Positions 23,268 to 40,364 of a stretch of DNA of 64,000 nt are shown piece after piece. Position 1 is the stretch's first letter. Each line of letters begins with the position of its first letter. Origin of the DNA: Balanoglossus misakiensis (taxonomy: Eukaryota > Animalia > Hemichordata); contig CM082576.2 of the NCBI GenBank assembly GCA_040954595.2, forward strand, positions 16,043,028-16,107,027, in the 5' to 3' direction. Below the pieces are notes generated by a model. It was not told where the DNA came from, did no database searches, and saw only the letters and a program-made list of their open reading frames with translations. A program made the position numbers and the translations under genes.

Positions 23268-24920
23268 TATCCACACGACGAATATAGTTGTCACTACATA
23301 TCGATCGATGCGGCTATCGAGCACATAAAACGTTTAGGTCAGGGGTCCCTGATCGCAAAGGTTGCTCTCGAGGATGCATTCTACCAAATACCTGTCACAC
23401 CGGATGACTGGAATCTACTTCGCTGTTCCTGGGACCTTGAAATCGATGGCGAACTCCAAACATGCTATTTCTATAGCAAAGTGTTGCCATTCGGTCTAAG
23501 GAGCAGCCCAGCGATTTTCAATGAGTTTGCTGACGGTCTTCAGTTTACCATGCAAGCTGCACACAACATTGATCTAGTGGAACATTACCTTGATGATTAC
23601 TTCACAGCTGGCCGCGCAGGCACAAATCAGTGCAGTAGAAACCTTCAGGGAATGTTACTCGCTTGCGATGAACTTGGGTTTCCTGTAAACCCTACAAAAG
23701 TCACCACCCCCTCCACAACCATGGATTTTCTTGGCATAACACTAGACACAATCCGCATGGAGGCACGAGTGTCTCAGGCCGCATTGCCTGGGTGACAATG
23801 AAACGGGCAACAAAACGATAAATCTTGTCACTTATAATTGGTAAACTGACCTTCATCACCCGGGTTGTCCAATAACTGTCATAGAACATACTGACACCAT
23901 TCCATGTACTATGTAGGTAGGTAGTCAATCCACCATTGAAGGTCCAGTTTGAAATTGCGGTTCAGCTTTACTTAATGGTGTAGGCGTGTCAGTCTTGATG
24001 AGGTGTCTATTAGTCTTCTGAGAAAGGTACGACCGGGTAGTACACCGAACACTCCACCATAGCCAAACTGGACCTTCAATGGTGGATTGACTACCTACCT
24101 ACATGAAATGGTGTCAGTATGTTCTATGTCAGTTATTGGACAAATAATGTCGACCTACATCTCTACACTGATGCTTCAGACATTGGCTATGGTGGAGTGT
24201 TCGGTGTACAAAAAATCCAAGGAAAGTTCGTCAATGAGATTCCAGCCTACACCCCTCAAACCTATTCTATTAACTGGAGGGAGCTTTACGCTATTGTGCG
24301 TGCTGCAGACACATGGGGAGCCCACTTCAAAGGACGGAAAATCCTTTTCCACTGTGATAATTCTTCTGTTGTTGCAATGATCCGCAGTGGTTCATCTCGC
24401 AGTGAAAAGTGTGCATCCCTTCTTCGAAAACTGTTCTTCATTTGTGCCAGAGACAATTTCCTAATGAATGCTATACATATTGCAGGCAGCAAAAACACTA
24501 TTGCTGATGCTCTATCTCGATACAAGTAACACTGATTTGCTTCCTTCACAGGGAATGGTACTTCCCATGACCACTGGTGGCTACAACCCTGCAAACTCGT
24601 CGGCAGTGCTTATTCAGCCAACACATATCGTACATATGGCTCAGGTCAAAAAACTTACCTTCAGTTTTGTGATACGGTAGACGCATTACCATTCCCAGCA
24701 TCAGAGAATGTTCTACTAATGTTTATTGCATACCTTCAAGGGGAAAGGAAACTAAAGTACAGTTCCATTGTGACATACCTCTATTCAGTTCGTTCACTGC
24801 AAATCCGGGGAGGCTTACCTGATCCATTGCAGAACTGTACACGCATTAACCTTGCACTACGTTCAGTCAAAAGATAACAAGGACCAGAATCAATACAAAA
24901 ACTGGCAATTACATTTGATG
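23268..24920 (+). mobile_element. Ngaro/DIRS-type tyrosine-recombinase retrotransposon fragment (RT, RNase H, start of YR)
   Basis: RT: SIDAAI..LGQGSLIAK..LEDAF, LPFGLRSSPAIF, HYLDDY, DFLGITLD. RNase H: LYTDASDIGYGG, INWRELYAI, FHCDN, NTIADALSR. YR N-terminal SAM-like region: RTYGSGQKTYLQFC...LLMFIAYL...TYLYSVRSL. Cut off by a LINE. Confidence 0.9.
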
Positions 24921-25128
24921 TGAATGAATGAACTTTATTTCACCAGAGATATGTCAATATAGATAGATAATACATTGAATGTAAAAGAAAGATGTTCACA
25001 TATTTCCAGTGTGGAAATAGTTTCGTGGAAACTAGTCAGGTCCATGGCCCATATTTCTGAGTTAGTTAATTATAAAGATGTCAAACAGTTGTACAACACA
25101 TGTAAATAAATGGTCTAAATAAATGGTC

Positions 25129-25175
<47 letters not shown>

Positions 25176-26368
25176 ATACAGGTGAGTTGAAGGCATTTGT
25201 TGTGAAGGAGTACATAACAATGGGTTGACTATATTGAAAAAAGTTGTCACTGAAGTTGTAGCAGATGCTTTTTGAGCTCTTTTTTAAATCTGTTTCTGCA
25301 GTGTGTATTCTTTAAAGTGTGTGGAATGGAGTTCCAGCATTTGACAGATGCATACTTAAAATTCTGCTGAGAAGTAGTCAAGTTAACCTTTGGGATTTTT
25401 AAGTTCCGGTTCGTACTAAATGATGTTGGATATATATGTGGTGAGACGACTTGGAAATACTGATCAAGGTGATGAGCATAGTGATGATGGTCCAGGTCAT
25501 AAATGAACATACAAGTCTGAAGTTTACAAAGATTATATACATTCAATATGCTGAGTTGCCAAAACAGAGGGGCTGAATGAGCATTGTAGCATGAAAAGGT
25601 AATCAGGCGAACCACTCTTTTCTGACGACGAAAAAGTGGTTGCAGGGCTGAATGATGTGCATGTCCCCATACTTCAATGCAATACATTGAGTGTGGTAAA
25701 ATTAAGGAGTTGTAAAGTAAAAGCAAGATGGACTTTGGTACAAAGTGACGTATTTTTGAAATAACTCCAACAATTGGGCTGGTAGTGCTTCTGACTTTCT
25801 CAATGTGCGATTTCCACCTCAGAGCGCAGTCAATGGTGACACCAAGGTAAGTAGTGGAAGAGACATTCTCAACAAATGAACTGTCAATTTCTAATTGACT
25901 TGAACATGAGCTGGTTTATGAATGGAATTAATTAACATATAGTAAGTTTTACAAGCGTTAATGGTCAGTTAATTGGCATCAAACCAATCTTTGACCAACT
26001 TGAAATCACTGTTGATTTGATTAAAGTTGACATTGAAGCTTGTACATTCAAACAGACTTGTATCATCTGCAAAAAGTTTAAAATCAAATGCGCTGGTTGA
26101 TTGAACAATATCATTAATATAAACGAGGAACAGAAGTGGACCAAGAATAGAACCTTGTGGTATTCCACATTTTACAATATTTGGATCTGAAATACTCTTG
26201 TCAATGGCAACCACCTGATGGCGATTACGAAGATAACTTGTAAACCAATTAAGTGGAAGGCCACTGATACCATAGTGTGAAAGTTTGTACAGAAGAATGC
26301 TATGGTCTATTATTTGTGTCAAAGGCTTTTTTAAAGTCAATGAAAATTCCAATTGTAGTAAAACCCTT
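24921..26368 (-). mobile_element. 5'-truncated CR1/L2-group (Crack/Daphne-like) LINE, RT 3' half plus 3' UTR
   Basis: IGIFID..KAFD, GIPQGSILGPLLFLVYINDI, KLFADDT, LYNSLILPH..YCIEVWG. The minus-strand 3' end is AATAAAG followed by a (TTCA)n tail at ~24921-24940. (AAAT)n lies at 25105-25157. Confidence 0.9.
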
Positions 26369-27174
26369 ATCTTAAGGTGTAGTCCGGGGGTAGGATTACA
26401 GTCGCGAGAGTGGGGAGTGTTCCCGGGGGTCGAGTACATCCAGTCGATTTTAAAGATATACAGTCACCTCTAATTAAGATACGCCCATATATGGCTGAAA
26501 TAGCGAATATGGGGGTTCTAAAGAACATATGGTGGCGCTCTTTTTTTCGCGTGTGCCACCAACTGAAAATCCGTGATTGGCTAGATCTCAAAATTGCCAT
26601 GGTTAATGTAGCTAATCTTCTATGTTTACTTACAGTCGAGAGGATACCAAAGCCCCTGTAGTTAAATACTAATAATTCATCAGTAACCTTAAATATCACA
26701 TTGGGTCTGACTTGAACGATTTATTGTACATTGTCAACTTTTGTGCGTACACTGCAGTTCCCATAATACCGTGATCAGGCAATTTAAGGCAAGGACCGTG
26801 AATACATCCTTAGAGTAATCTGTTTAAATAACAGGTCAAAATAGCAATATTTTGTTGAAAAATATTCCCATTTCTGTCACTGTCTGTTTTCAGAATTAGA
26901 AATACACGTAACACGTTTTGACGATATGTCATTCAGCAAAACTTATTCCTTAACGACGGCTGAATATGGCAATAGGGTAAAGATGATTGTCCGCTCATGG
27001 AACGAATTCCTGAAAGAGATTTGTAAGTTTCTCAGCGTATTTGATATCCTTTACCTTCGAATTTCACAGGGCCGTGCACACGAAATATAAGCGAATTTCA
27101 CAGAAAAATAACAAAATGGACTTGATACGTTTTAATACAAGTAATGTTTAATAAAATAAAGCAAATGAATAAAA

Positions 27175-28130
27175 TTAAGCTAGTAGGAATGGAAAATCCC
27201 CTGGGTGAGTTTTTCTCTCCGCGTCAAACAATTTCCTCAGACGCCGGCTGACCATGCGGGCGCTTGGCCGAGATGACGGGACCATGGAACAGCAACGCTG
27301 GCAGAGTTCCTTAAATCGCCCGTCATCTAACATGGCAATACACACTGGAGTGAGGTCTTCCCCACTGGCCACTTTAGTAGCGAGTTCTTGGAGTATCTCT
27401 TCGGCACCGCGATTTCCGCCGTAAGTTGTTTCCAAGGTGACCATCTGGGCCATGCTGCACCCCATCGCCCATATGTCCTTAGCCGCCGTGCATGGTGGGA
27501 CCTCAGCCCTGAAAGCCTCGGGTGGGGCGTACATCATTGTCCCGGCTCCGTCAAATCGCGGTGACTTTTCATAGCAAGTGAACGAAAAGTCGACCAGTTT
27601 AACCGTCATCTCTGGGAAGTTTCATCGGAAACGGAGCAGAATAAAGTTGTTTTTGTGACCAAGATTTTGTCCTTTGTGATTACATGTAGTATGATTTCAA
27701 ATTGTCATAGCCAGCGCAATTGTTCATCGTCGTTTGTCAGTCAGTCGGATAAGTAAGTCAGTCTGTCAGTCCATCATGTCTGTCTCACTGCCAGAATTTC
27801 TTTAATAGACTAATACTCTGCAGAATTATATTTGTGTCCGTATGTGTTCACCATTGAATGTATTTGTGAATTATGGAAAGGCCTGTCTAAAACTCATATA
27901 TTGTGATAAACACGACATAACCCGTAGCGTTGTGTTCTTATCATTACATTGGCCAATTTCATGTCGTTACATATTGTACCAAAGCCGTGTAGTGACGCCA
28001 GGGCGTCGGCCATATTCTTCACGATGTCATACTTGACAACCAGGGGCACCTGCGTGTTAACAAACAAAAAATAAACACAGTTTTAGAAAAGATTCGTTTT
28101 CAACGATAACTCTGAGGCTGTCTCGGCTTG

Positions 28131-28169
<39 letters not shown>

Positions 28170-28345
28170 ACTAGTGCGTACTTTTCGCCTGTACTTTGCC
28201 GGAAGGGCTTACTTCTTTTCCGAATTTCTTGGTGAATGCTTCCAAGTCCAGACCTTGCACATATTCGTACACAAGGACGCTCATGTTGTTCTTATGAAAC
28301 ATCCCATCCATGCGGACAAACTTCTCACAGTTTAATTTAATTAGA
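27175..28345 (-). pseudogene. Spliced Ser/Thr protein kinase gene remnant (3 exons visible; N-terminal lobe lost)
   Basis: Exon ~28345-28213: FVRMDG...VLVYEYVQGLDL...KE|gtaagc. Exon ~28049-27922: cag|VPL...MADALASLHGFGTICNDMKLANVMI. Exon 27611-27175: VKLVDFS, GTMMYAPPE, KDIWAMG, RP. Confidence 0.75.
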
Positions 28346-28369
28346 GCTCTACAAGTTTAATGCTCTGAA

Positions 28370-28953
28370 GCATTAAACTTGGTACACTTATGCATTGACC
28401 CATGGCGGCCATTTTCTGATATGGATCCAAAATGACAGCGCCCTCTAGTGGCCAGAAACAGACATTCATACTTTAAAATTGTGCATTCAGGTTACAAGCA
28501 TGAAATTTGGTACAATTATTCATTGACCCATGGCGGACATTTTCCAATATGGATCCCAAAGACAGCGCCCTCTAGAGGCCAGAAACTGACATTTACTATT
28601 TTCCCCCATTAATGGCACTTTTTGGTCAAGATATGGGTCAAGATAAACACTCAGACACAGGAATGTGGGTTGTGAAACATGCTTGATACTATACATTCCT
28701 CTGTATATTATCCTAATTCTGATGTATATGTATCAAGATTGATCATGTTTTACAACCCACATTCCTGTGTCTGAGTGTTTAACTTGACCAAAAAGTGCCA
28801 TTAATGGGGGGAAATGTCAGTTTCTGACCACTAGAGGGCGCTGTCATTTTGGATCCATATCAGAAAATGGCCGCCATGGGTCAATGCATAAGTGTTCCAT
28901 GTTTCATGCTTTTAACCCAAAGTGCACGATTGTTTGGTTAACTGCCCCACTAA
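28370..28953. mobile_element. Foldback repeat with a Helentron/HINE-like 3' end, containing CTCF-like motifs
   Basis: Inverted arms 28388-28460 / 28820-28895 and a central palindrome 28608-28808. Ends AAGTGCACGATTGTTTGGTTAACTGCCCCACTAA. Confidence 0.6.
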
Positions 28954-30520
28954 TATCGGATATCATCAGTTTAGGTCTTATCTAGAATAAACTCACTATA
29001 CCTTTCAGCCTGACCAATGCAATATGAATATGATCATGCATGCAAATTCTGGAAATGCTTGCCACTTGTGGGACATGAGGGGCCCGGAAACATAACAGAC
29101 GAGCAACAGAGGATGCTGATTTTGTGCATATACCAGGCGGGAATATCTAAGAATTGTGGTAATCGTGGCTCATTAGAGGAGCACAAACTATAATTTATGT
29201 TACATGTGGGTATTCCACTGTACGTTTCCAAATGTAAAAGGCAATTGGAGTTCTCTGGAACGTGATGACAGATAAGCGAAGGAAATTAAGTGACACGACC
29301 ACCCGCAAATCGCAGATTCTTGTATCAGGTTTACACTGCATGAATGACAGATTTGAAGGCTTGTTTCAACTATCGATGTACCAACTGAAATTTGTCTATT
29401 GTCAGTTTATAAGCGAAGGTAACAAATAAACCGTATAAATATCCCACCTGCGTTAGACTACACCAGTTTCAAAATTCAGTGAGTATATTCCTGTGACAGT
29501 CTGTGCAATTCTGATTTTTTTTTTGTTTTTTTGTGTTTTTTTTTTTTTGGTGGATCGATATACCTCCCTGCTTTTATAAACCACAGTCTATCAACAAAAA
29601 TGGCCTTTTTAATGTTTCAAAGCAAGTTTTTCCTCCTTATTTTCCACATGGATATAGTTGCATATTCATGGATATCATATGTACCGTAAGATTGGACGAC
29701 AATAAAAATCAGATTCTCAAAATCCAGGAGTACACAGACTTTATCAAATTTGCGTAGACTTATTTACTATAATGAGCTTATATAGGAGACCGTCATGTTA
29801 AAGCAGATGGCAGGAAATATCCATCGGTTCTTGGCTTAAAACACACTAAGTGACCAGGCGAATGCACTTTCCTTAAGGCAAAACCGTCTACAATCTTGAC
29901 ATTCAACAAAGAAAAGACCTAACGTTTGAAGCTTAATTTCGTCAGGATCTGTATAGGCAAAACTCTCTATAATTTAAAATTCAAAAAGAGAAAATCAAGA
30001 CCTTACGTTTTGAAGCTTAATTTCTTCAGGGATCAGAAATCACCAAGATTCATTTCAAACTATGGCCAGGTGGTCAACACTATATATTGGTGGACAGCAT
30101 CATTTATTTCTTACAACAATTTAACCTTCCCCAGTGATTTTGTTTAAGAAGACATCTACAGCTATTTGGGGTAAAAAAAACCATGAATATTATTTGCAAT
30201 ATGATTCTATCTGTTGTCAGTCCTTTATTGAAGATTTGCAAGTTCCTTTATTCCTATGTATTCATATCCATATTAATTAGACTTTTAGAATGGGTTCTAA
30301 TTGTGTGTGCTTCCTTCAATGTTATACTCAAAGTAAAGAGGCATAGGGAGAAATGACACACAAGTCTATCAATTACAACAACTGTTTTTGTAAACTAAAG
30401 ATTTTATCTGAGAACTTAGTCGCTAAAGTTTAACAACCTCATTAATGTCGATTTCTGTTAACATTTTTTGATAATCATAAAATACTTTTTCTAGCGTTTA
30501 TCTCTCACAAAGAAAACGAC

Positions 30521-33949
<3,429 letters not shown>

Positions 33950-35329
33950 AGGACCATGCAGATTGGCCATGAAGCCAGCCGATTAGCCAGTCAAATATGT
34001 ACAAATATGTGATTGGAGCTTATAGCCTATTTGCTTGCGATTGCATGCAGATGTTGTAATTGATCATGCTTGATTGAGTACAACTTAGATTTAATGAATA
34101 AAGAATTGCCTGGAAGTTTGTCAGTTTAGAATGCTATTAGAAATGAAATATACATTAACTGCATATCATATTGTGTAAGGCTAACATTAATATGGGCCCT
34201 TCATCAATTATGACAGATATTCCCGCGAGAAATCACAATAACCACAGTCAATCAACAAAAATGGCATTTTAAATGTTTCAAGAACATTGCTGGTGGATTG
34301 TAAAACTAAGAAAACTGGGGAAAAGTGCGAGAAATTGGCAATGACATCACAATGTTATGCTTTTAGCACCTATTATTGGACTGACAGTGTTCCATCCACG
34401 ATGGCTTCAACGAGGCGGGGGGGAATTGCGTCCCCTTTTGTCAGAGTATTTGAAGGGATGGGAATCAACTCTGGTAATTGATAATGTAATATATCTCCCA
34501 TATGTGAGTGACATCATTTTAAGGGGCACTGGTCCCCCTTGACAAATTGCAAGCGGGCATACAAACACGTCAACTAGGGGTGAATCTCTCCCCTCCACCG
34601 TTCCTGTCTAGATGAAACAGGAGTAAATGCATAAGCGTACATGTAACATTTTCATTCAAATTGTGACTAGCAGCATCATTTATAATGATCATTTTTAAAG
34701 CTTAAGACATAGAGGTCTCCAGTCAAGCATAAACTTTTATACTAACAGAGGGAATGTGAATGTGATTGCATCCACACCAGTGTTTGTGTCCATAAGTTGG
34801 CGGATAATTCACAGAGATTTCAGTGGTTTATACTTGTCTTTGTCTTAAACAGCATGGCTGTATCCCCTAGATCGCAATTTAATTGAAAAGTTTTTTCACC
34901 ATATTTTCTATATGTATAAAGTCGCTGAATATTCATGGGTATCGTATGTAAGATTGAATGACAATAAAAGTCGGTTTCTCAAAATCCAGGAGCACACAGA
35001 CTTTATCAAATTTGCGTAGACTTATTTACTATAATCAGGTTATATAGAAGACCATCCTGTTAAAACAGATGGCAGGTATAATATGATTTGGTTCTTGGCT
35101 TAAACACATTAAGTGACCAGGCAAACACACTTTCCTTCAGGCAAAACTGTTGGCAATCTAGACATCGAACAAAGAAAAGACCTTACGTTTGAAGCTTAAT
35201 TTCGTGAGGATCTTTATAGGCAAAACTATCTATAATTTAAAAGTCAAAAAGAGAAAATCAAGACCTTATGTTTTGAAGCTTAATTTCATCAGGGATCAGA
35301 AATCACCATGATTCATTTCAAACTGTGGC

Positions 35330-37266
35330 CAGGTGGTGAACTCTATATATTGGTAGACAGCATCATGCATTTCTTACAACAATTTAACCTTCCCCAGCGA
35401 TTTGGTTTAAGAAGACATCTACAGCTATTTGAGGTAAGAAACCCATGAATATTATTTGCAATATGATTCTATCTGTTGTCAGTTTTTATTGAAGATTTGC
35501 AAGTTCCTTTATTGCTATAGACAGATTTTATACCTATGTTTTCATATCCATATTAATTAGACTGTTAGACTTGTTTCTAATTTTGTGCGCTTCCTTCAAT
35601 ATTATACTCAAGGTAAAATCCTAACGTAAGTTTTATTTCATTTGAATATTTTGTATACCGCAACAGAACTTTATGACCATCTGAGCTGCACATAATGCAT
35701 TTTCAGGCCTTTGGTGATGTATTCTGTGGCAATACTTTCATGAATGCAGTGAGTTAAATTGTTGAAAAATTTTCTACATCGCGTTTTGAATATTGATTGA
35801 AGAACTTAGGCAATAGTGAGACAGTTTACCGTTTTCAATGCCATACTTACAGTTAATCCCAAATGGCCATCACGACACTGGTACGATGAAGTTAATTTTA
35901 TTCAACATTCACGTTACTTTATTTTTCTCTTTCTGTATTTTGTCACACCCTGTAACAGTACCGAGGTGAGAATCCATTTCTTTAAAGAAACCCAACGTTT
36001 GATTCTGTCAATTGCGTAAAAAATTGGCGTTTAGATCAAAGCTACATGAATTTGCACTTATTGTTGCTATCGTTCTAAGATGTGTACAAAGATCAGAGTA
36101 CCCTCAAAGATTATACTCAGGAAATACAAGCTGATGTTTGTTTGGTTTGTTTCTTCTGTGGGTTTTGTTCATTCAAAATGACATCAGTTGAGCACAAAAA
36201 TTATGATGTTGCTGTAATTGCTTTAATGATCGATGTTGATTAAAACTTGTCTACAATGCACCATTATTGGACATAAAACGCTGTATAAATGCACATCGCA
36301 ATGTCATATAATGACGTATGTGCCTCTATATATATTATTACAGGTACCACCACTCTGAAAACCAAAGATGACTACTGCATGTGTGTGTATGTATATTTCT
36401 GTCAACAACCTGATGGTGAGTATTACGAAGACGCTGACAATTTCTGCAGAATGAAATGTGAGGTTGAAGGGACATTAGGCAGACTCGCAGTACTCAACAG
36501 TCAAGAACTGTACGACCACGTTCTGAAACATATCATCGATAACCAACTGGACAAAGAGGATTGTATTCCAAACCACGGCTTCTGGATCGGTTTGACTGAT
36601 CGCTCACCTGAAGGCAACTTCATCTGGGCTGATGGTGAGGCCTTGTGCCCGGGTGAATTTAGTGCCTAGGCTCCCGGGGAGCCCAATGACAACACCAAAA
36701 AGTCCACAGAGGGACAAGACTGTGTTCAATTATGGTAAGCAATATTAAGCTAATTTACATTTTCTCCATAGACTGTACACAGAGATTGTAGGCCATTTTG
36801 ACTGTCGAAATTTGAGTAAATTTTATGCAATATTTCTGTATCATATAAATTTTGTATGGTCAGCCCCATTTCTATTCTCGATTTGAGGAGATGAAATTAA
36901 TAAGTTTCCTCGATCAAAATGTGGTATAAAGTTTCAGATATTTGTTATTCAAGGAATTGCTATACCTTAATAATGTGGAATGTCAAATGGTTAAATATGT
37001 ACCATGGAATTTGTCATTACTTCAGGTTTCGATTTGGTTATGATGGCTTATGGGATGATGAATACTGTGCTGTACGATCAAAGGGTTTCATATGTGAAAT
37101 TCAAGGTAAGGCTCAGAAATCTGCTTTACTTACATCAATTGTGTAGAATGCATGGATGATAGTCCATATTATTTGTACAGGTGTGGCTATTAATTATTTT
37201 CAAACGACTTTGTGATTATTTGCAGATCCGGGTTGCACAAGTTTACAACATTATCTAGGGAAATAA
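35330..37266 (+). pseudogene. C-type lectin copy 2 (pseudogene)
   Basis: Paralog of copy 1. The signal-peptide exon and most of exon 2 are deleted (junction ~35612). TGG>TAG at 36667-36669, just before EPN. Other exons: 35959-35965, 36344-36734, 37026-37105, 37226-37266. Confidence 0.85.
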
Positions 37267-37899
37267 AGGACCTAAAGATTGGCCATGAAGCAAGCCGATT
37301 GGCCAGTCAAATATCTACAAATATTTGATTGTAGCTTATAGCCTCCTTGCTTGCGATTGCATGCAGATGTTGTAATTTATCATACTTAATTGAGTACAAC
37401 TTAGATTTTAATGAATGCAGAATTGCCTGAAAGTTTGTCAGTTAAGAATGCTATTAGAAATAAAATATACATTAACTGCATATCATGTTGTGTAAGGCTA
37501 ACATTAATATGGGCCCTTCATCAATTATGACAGATATTCCGAGAAATCACAATAACCACAGTCAATAAACAAAAATGGCGTTTTACATGTTTCAAGAACA
37601 TCGCTAGTCGATTGTAAAACTAAGAAAACTGAAGTAAAGGTGATCATGGAGGTCTCCAGTCAAGCATAAACGTGTATACTAACAGAGGGAATGTGATTGT
37701 ATCCACACCAGTGTTTGTTTCCATAAGTTGACGGGTAATTCACACTTTTCTGTGGTTTATACTTGTCTTTGTCTTGACCGGCATGACTGTATCCCCTAGA
37801 TCGCAATTTAATTAATTGTGAATGATTATAATCGATGGTTGACAGGGTCATGAAGCTGAAACCACACTTTCATAATATTTGTGACATCTGACTAACAAT

Positions 37900-38372
37900 A
37901 AAAGTTTTTCCACCATATTTTCTATATGGATATAGTCGCTGAATATTCATGGATATCATATGTAAGATTGAATGACAATAAAAGTTGGTTTCTCAAAATC
38001 CAGGAGCACACAGACTTTATCAAATTTGCATAGACTTATTTACTATAATCAGGTTATATAGAAGACCATCCTGTTAAAGCAGATGGCAGGTATAATATGA
38101 ATTGGTTCTTGGCTTAAACACATTAATTGACCAGGCAGACACAATTTCCTTCAGGCAACTCTGTTGGCAATCTAGACATTACTAGAAAAGACATTACGTT
38201 TGAAGCTTAATTTCGTCAGGAATCCGAAATCCCCAGGGTTCATTTCAAACTGTTGGCCAGGTGGTGAACACTATATATTGGTGGACAGCATCATGTATTT
38301 CTTACAACAATTTAACCTTCCCCAGCGATTTGGTTTAAGAAGACATCTACAGCTATTAATTGTACAGGTGTG
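37900..38372 (+). pseudogene. Third, CDS-less copy of the lectin promoter and 5'UTR unit
   Basis: Homologous to ~29630-30165 and 34890-35430. Joins directly to TGTACAGGTGTG, the last-intron sequence, so the coding exons are missing. Confidence 0.7.
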
Positions 38373-38400
38373 GTCTTTTAAGCGAGTGTGTGTGTGTGTG

Positions 38401-38442
<42 letters not shown>

Positions 38443-40364
38443 CGTGCGTGCGGGGGTGCGTGCGTGCGCGCGCGCGTGCTGCGTTAGTTTACAAGAAATT
38501 ATTCAACTACCGTAAGTAATTCTGATCGATTCCACCAGAGATATTGAGATTATCTCCAAGATGGACAGAAACCAACGTACCAGAAAAGAAGTTACTCAAC
38601 TCTAGAGACTGTCGATTTCCCCCGCAACTTGATCATTACGGTATACCAGCGCCAGTTTGTTGCCTGCAGTGTCCACGCTTCCCTGACTCACCTGGCCATT
38701 GGTCATAATCGTTTCAATAGGTAAGTTTTTGAACAGATGGACGCGGTTTTCATAAGGTGTCTTTTTAGCATTAAATTTCCAGATAATGAATTTGTCACAA
38801 AATTAAAGGTAGGAATTGCGATAGAGGCGAACGAACATGACCGAATGTATATTTATTGCTAGCTCTTCTTTCTTTACATCAAAGTTGAATACAAGAGGGG
38901 AAAATACATTCACACATACACACATATATAAATGAAGTTGTAAATTTGAAGAGAAATCTCACCTTAAAACCAGACTACATGTCTAAAAAACTTTCTATAT
39001 TACTCTTTTCGCAATATACATTTCAGACTGCTTGGTAGCTCTAATATTTAACGTAACAAAGTTCAAGAGGGAATAATCTTTTTATATTTTACAGTCAAAC
39101 GTCGTTTTATTCACTATCAGTAGCAATTGGTTCAGAAAATCTGAGAGTAAAGTGTCACCCAACAAGATTTGTTTTGAAGATAATTTTCGTGGGGCTTCAA
39201 TTTAAGAACCCCGTAACAAAATAAAACCATTCTGCAGATAAACATGAACACTCTCACATTCAACAAAGATATGCAACAGACTTTCTTCTGTTTGTTCACA
39301 ACAAGCGCAAAGACTACTAGTTGTTCTGGGAGGATTCATTCAATGCAGTATTCTATTTGTGTAAATCAAATTATGCACTGTTTCCATTGAAAACCTTGTA
39401 GTTTGGACTCCAAACAAACTTTTATGCCGACCATTCCTCTGCATCAATGGTTAGGAGAAATAAAAAAAAAACATTTTGCTAGGTATAAAATAATTGGACG
39501 ACAAGTGTTTTCTATATCTCTAACGTTACAGCTAGATGAACACACCAACTTACTTTGTTTAAAAAAACAACAGGCAGTTGGTGGTCGCTCATGAATATTA
39601 ATGAGATCATTAATATTCATAAGCTGGTCACACCTTTTCCACTGTGACGGACCAGCATCAAGAATACCAATCCAAATCATAAAGTGATTTTGATTACATC
39701 CAAGATCTTTTAAATCTGCTTCATTTGTAAAGTTTTGCCGAAAATATTTGAAAATTCCTTGTTTGTATAAAATTTATTTAACATCTTAAGAAAGGCAGAT
39801 CGGATATGAACCAAATTTGATGGACAGTTCCTGGTTTGTCAGTGCAAGGACTGACTAGTTTTTGGCGAATGTTAATGAATTGGGGCAACATGATACAGAC
39901 TATGTCTTCAAACTAATTTTTTTAACTTTATGTTAGTAACTTATCATGAGGTATCAGTTTCACTGTTAACACCGGCAGACATCTTGTAACCGTTTTCGTC
40001 ATTTTGTTTTAGTCTGTAAAACATTGTCCCTACTCATTAAAGGTATACGGTCACCTATGAAAATGGAGCTGTAGTTCCCATAGCAAACTGATCGAGTCAA
40101 TCACAGATTTTCAGTGGGTGCATGGTACAAGTGATAAAAAGAGCGCCACCATATGTTCTTCAGAACACCCAGCTACATATATACGCCATTTTTGCCATTT
40201 GCCGTGAATTGGAGGTGACTGTATACGTAACAGGTACGTAATCTAGTAATGAACCAATGTACGCCAAATGAATTAAAGACACTGAGAGCGTAAAATATGG
40301 TTGAGAATGGAATGGCACCATGGAATGGATCTTGCATTCTTCAGTGTTCCAAAACCCCAACACT

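Noticed and set aside
26371-26692. TTAA-bounded segment at the 5' end of the LINE
   Set aside because: Terminal inverted repeats are too weak to call an element confidently.
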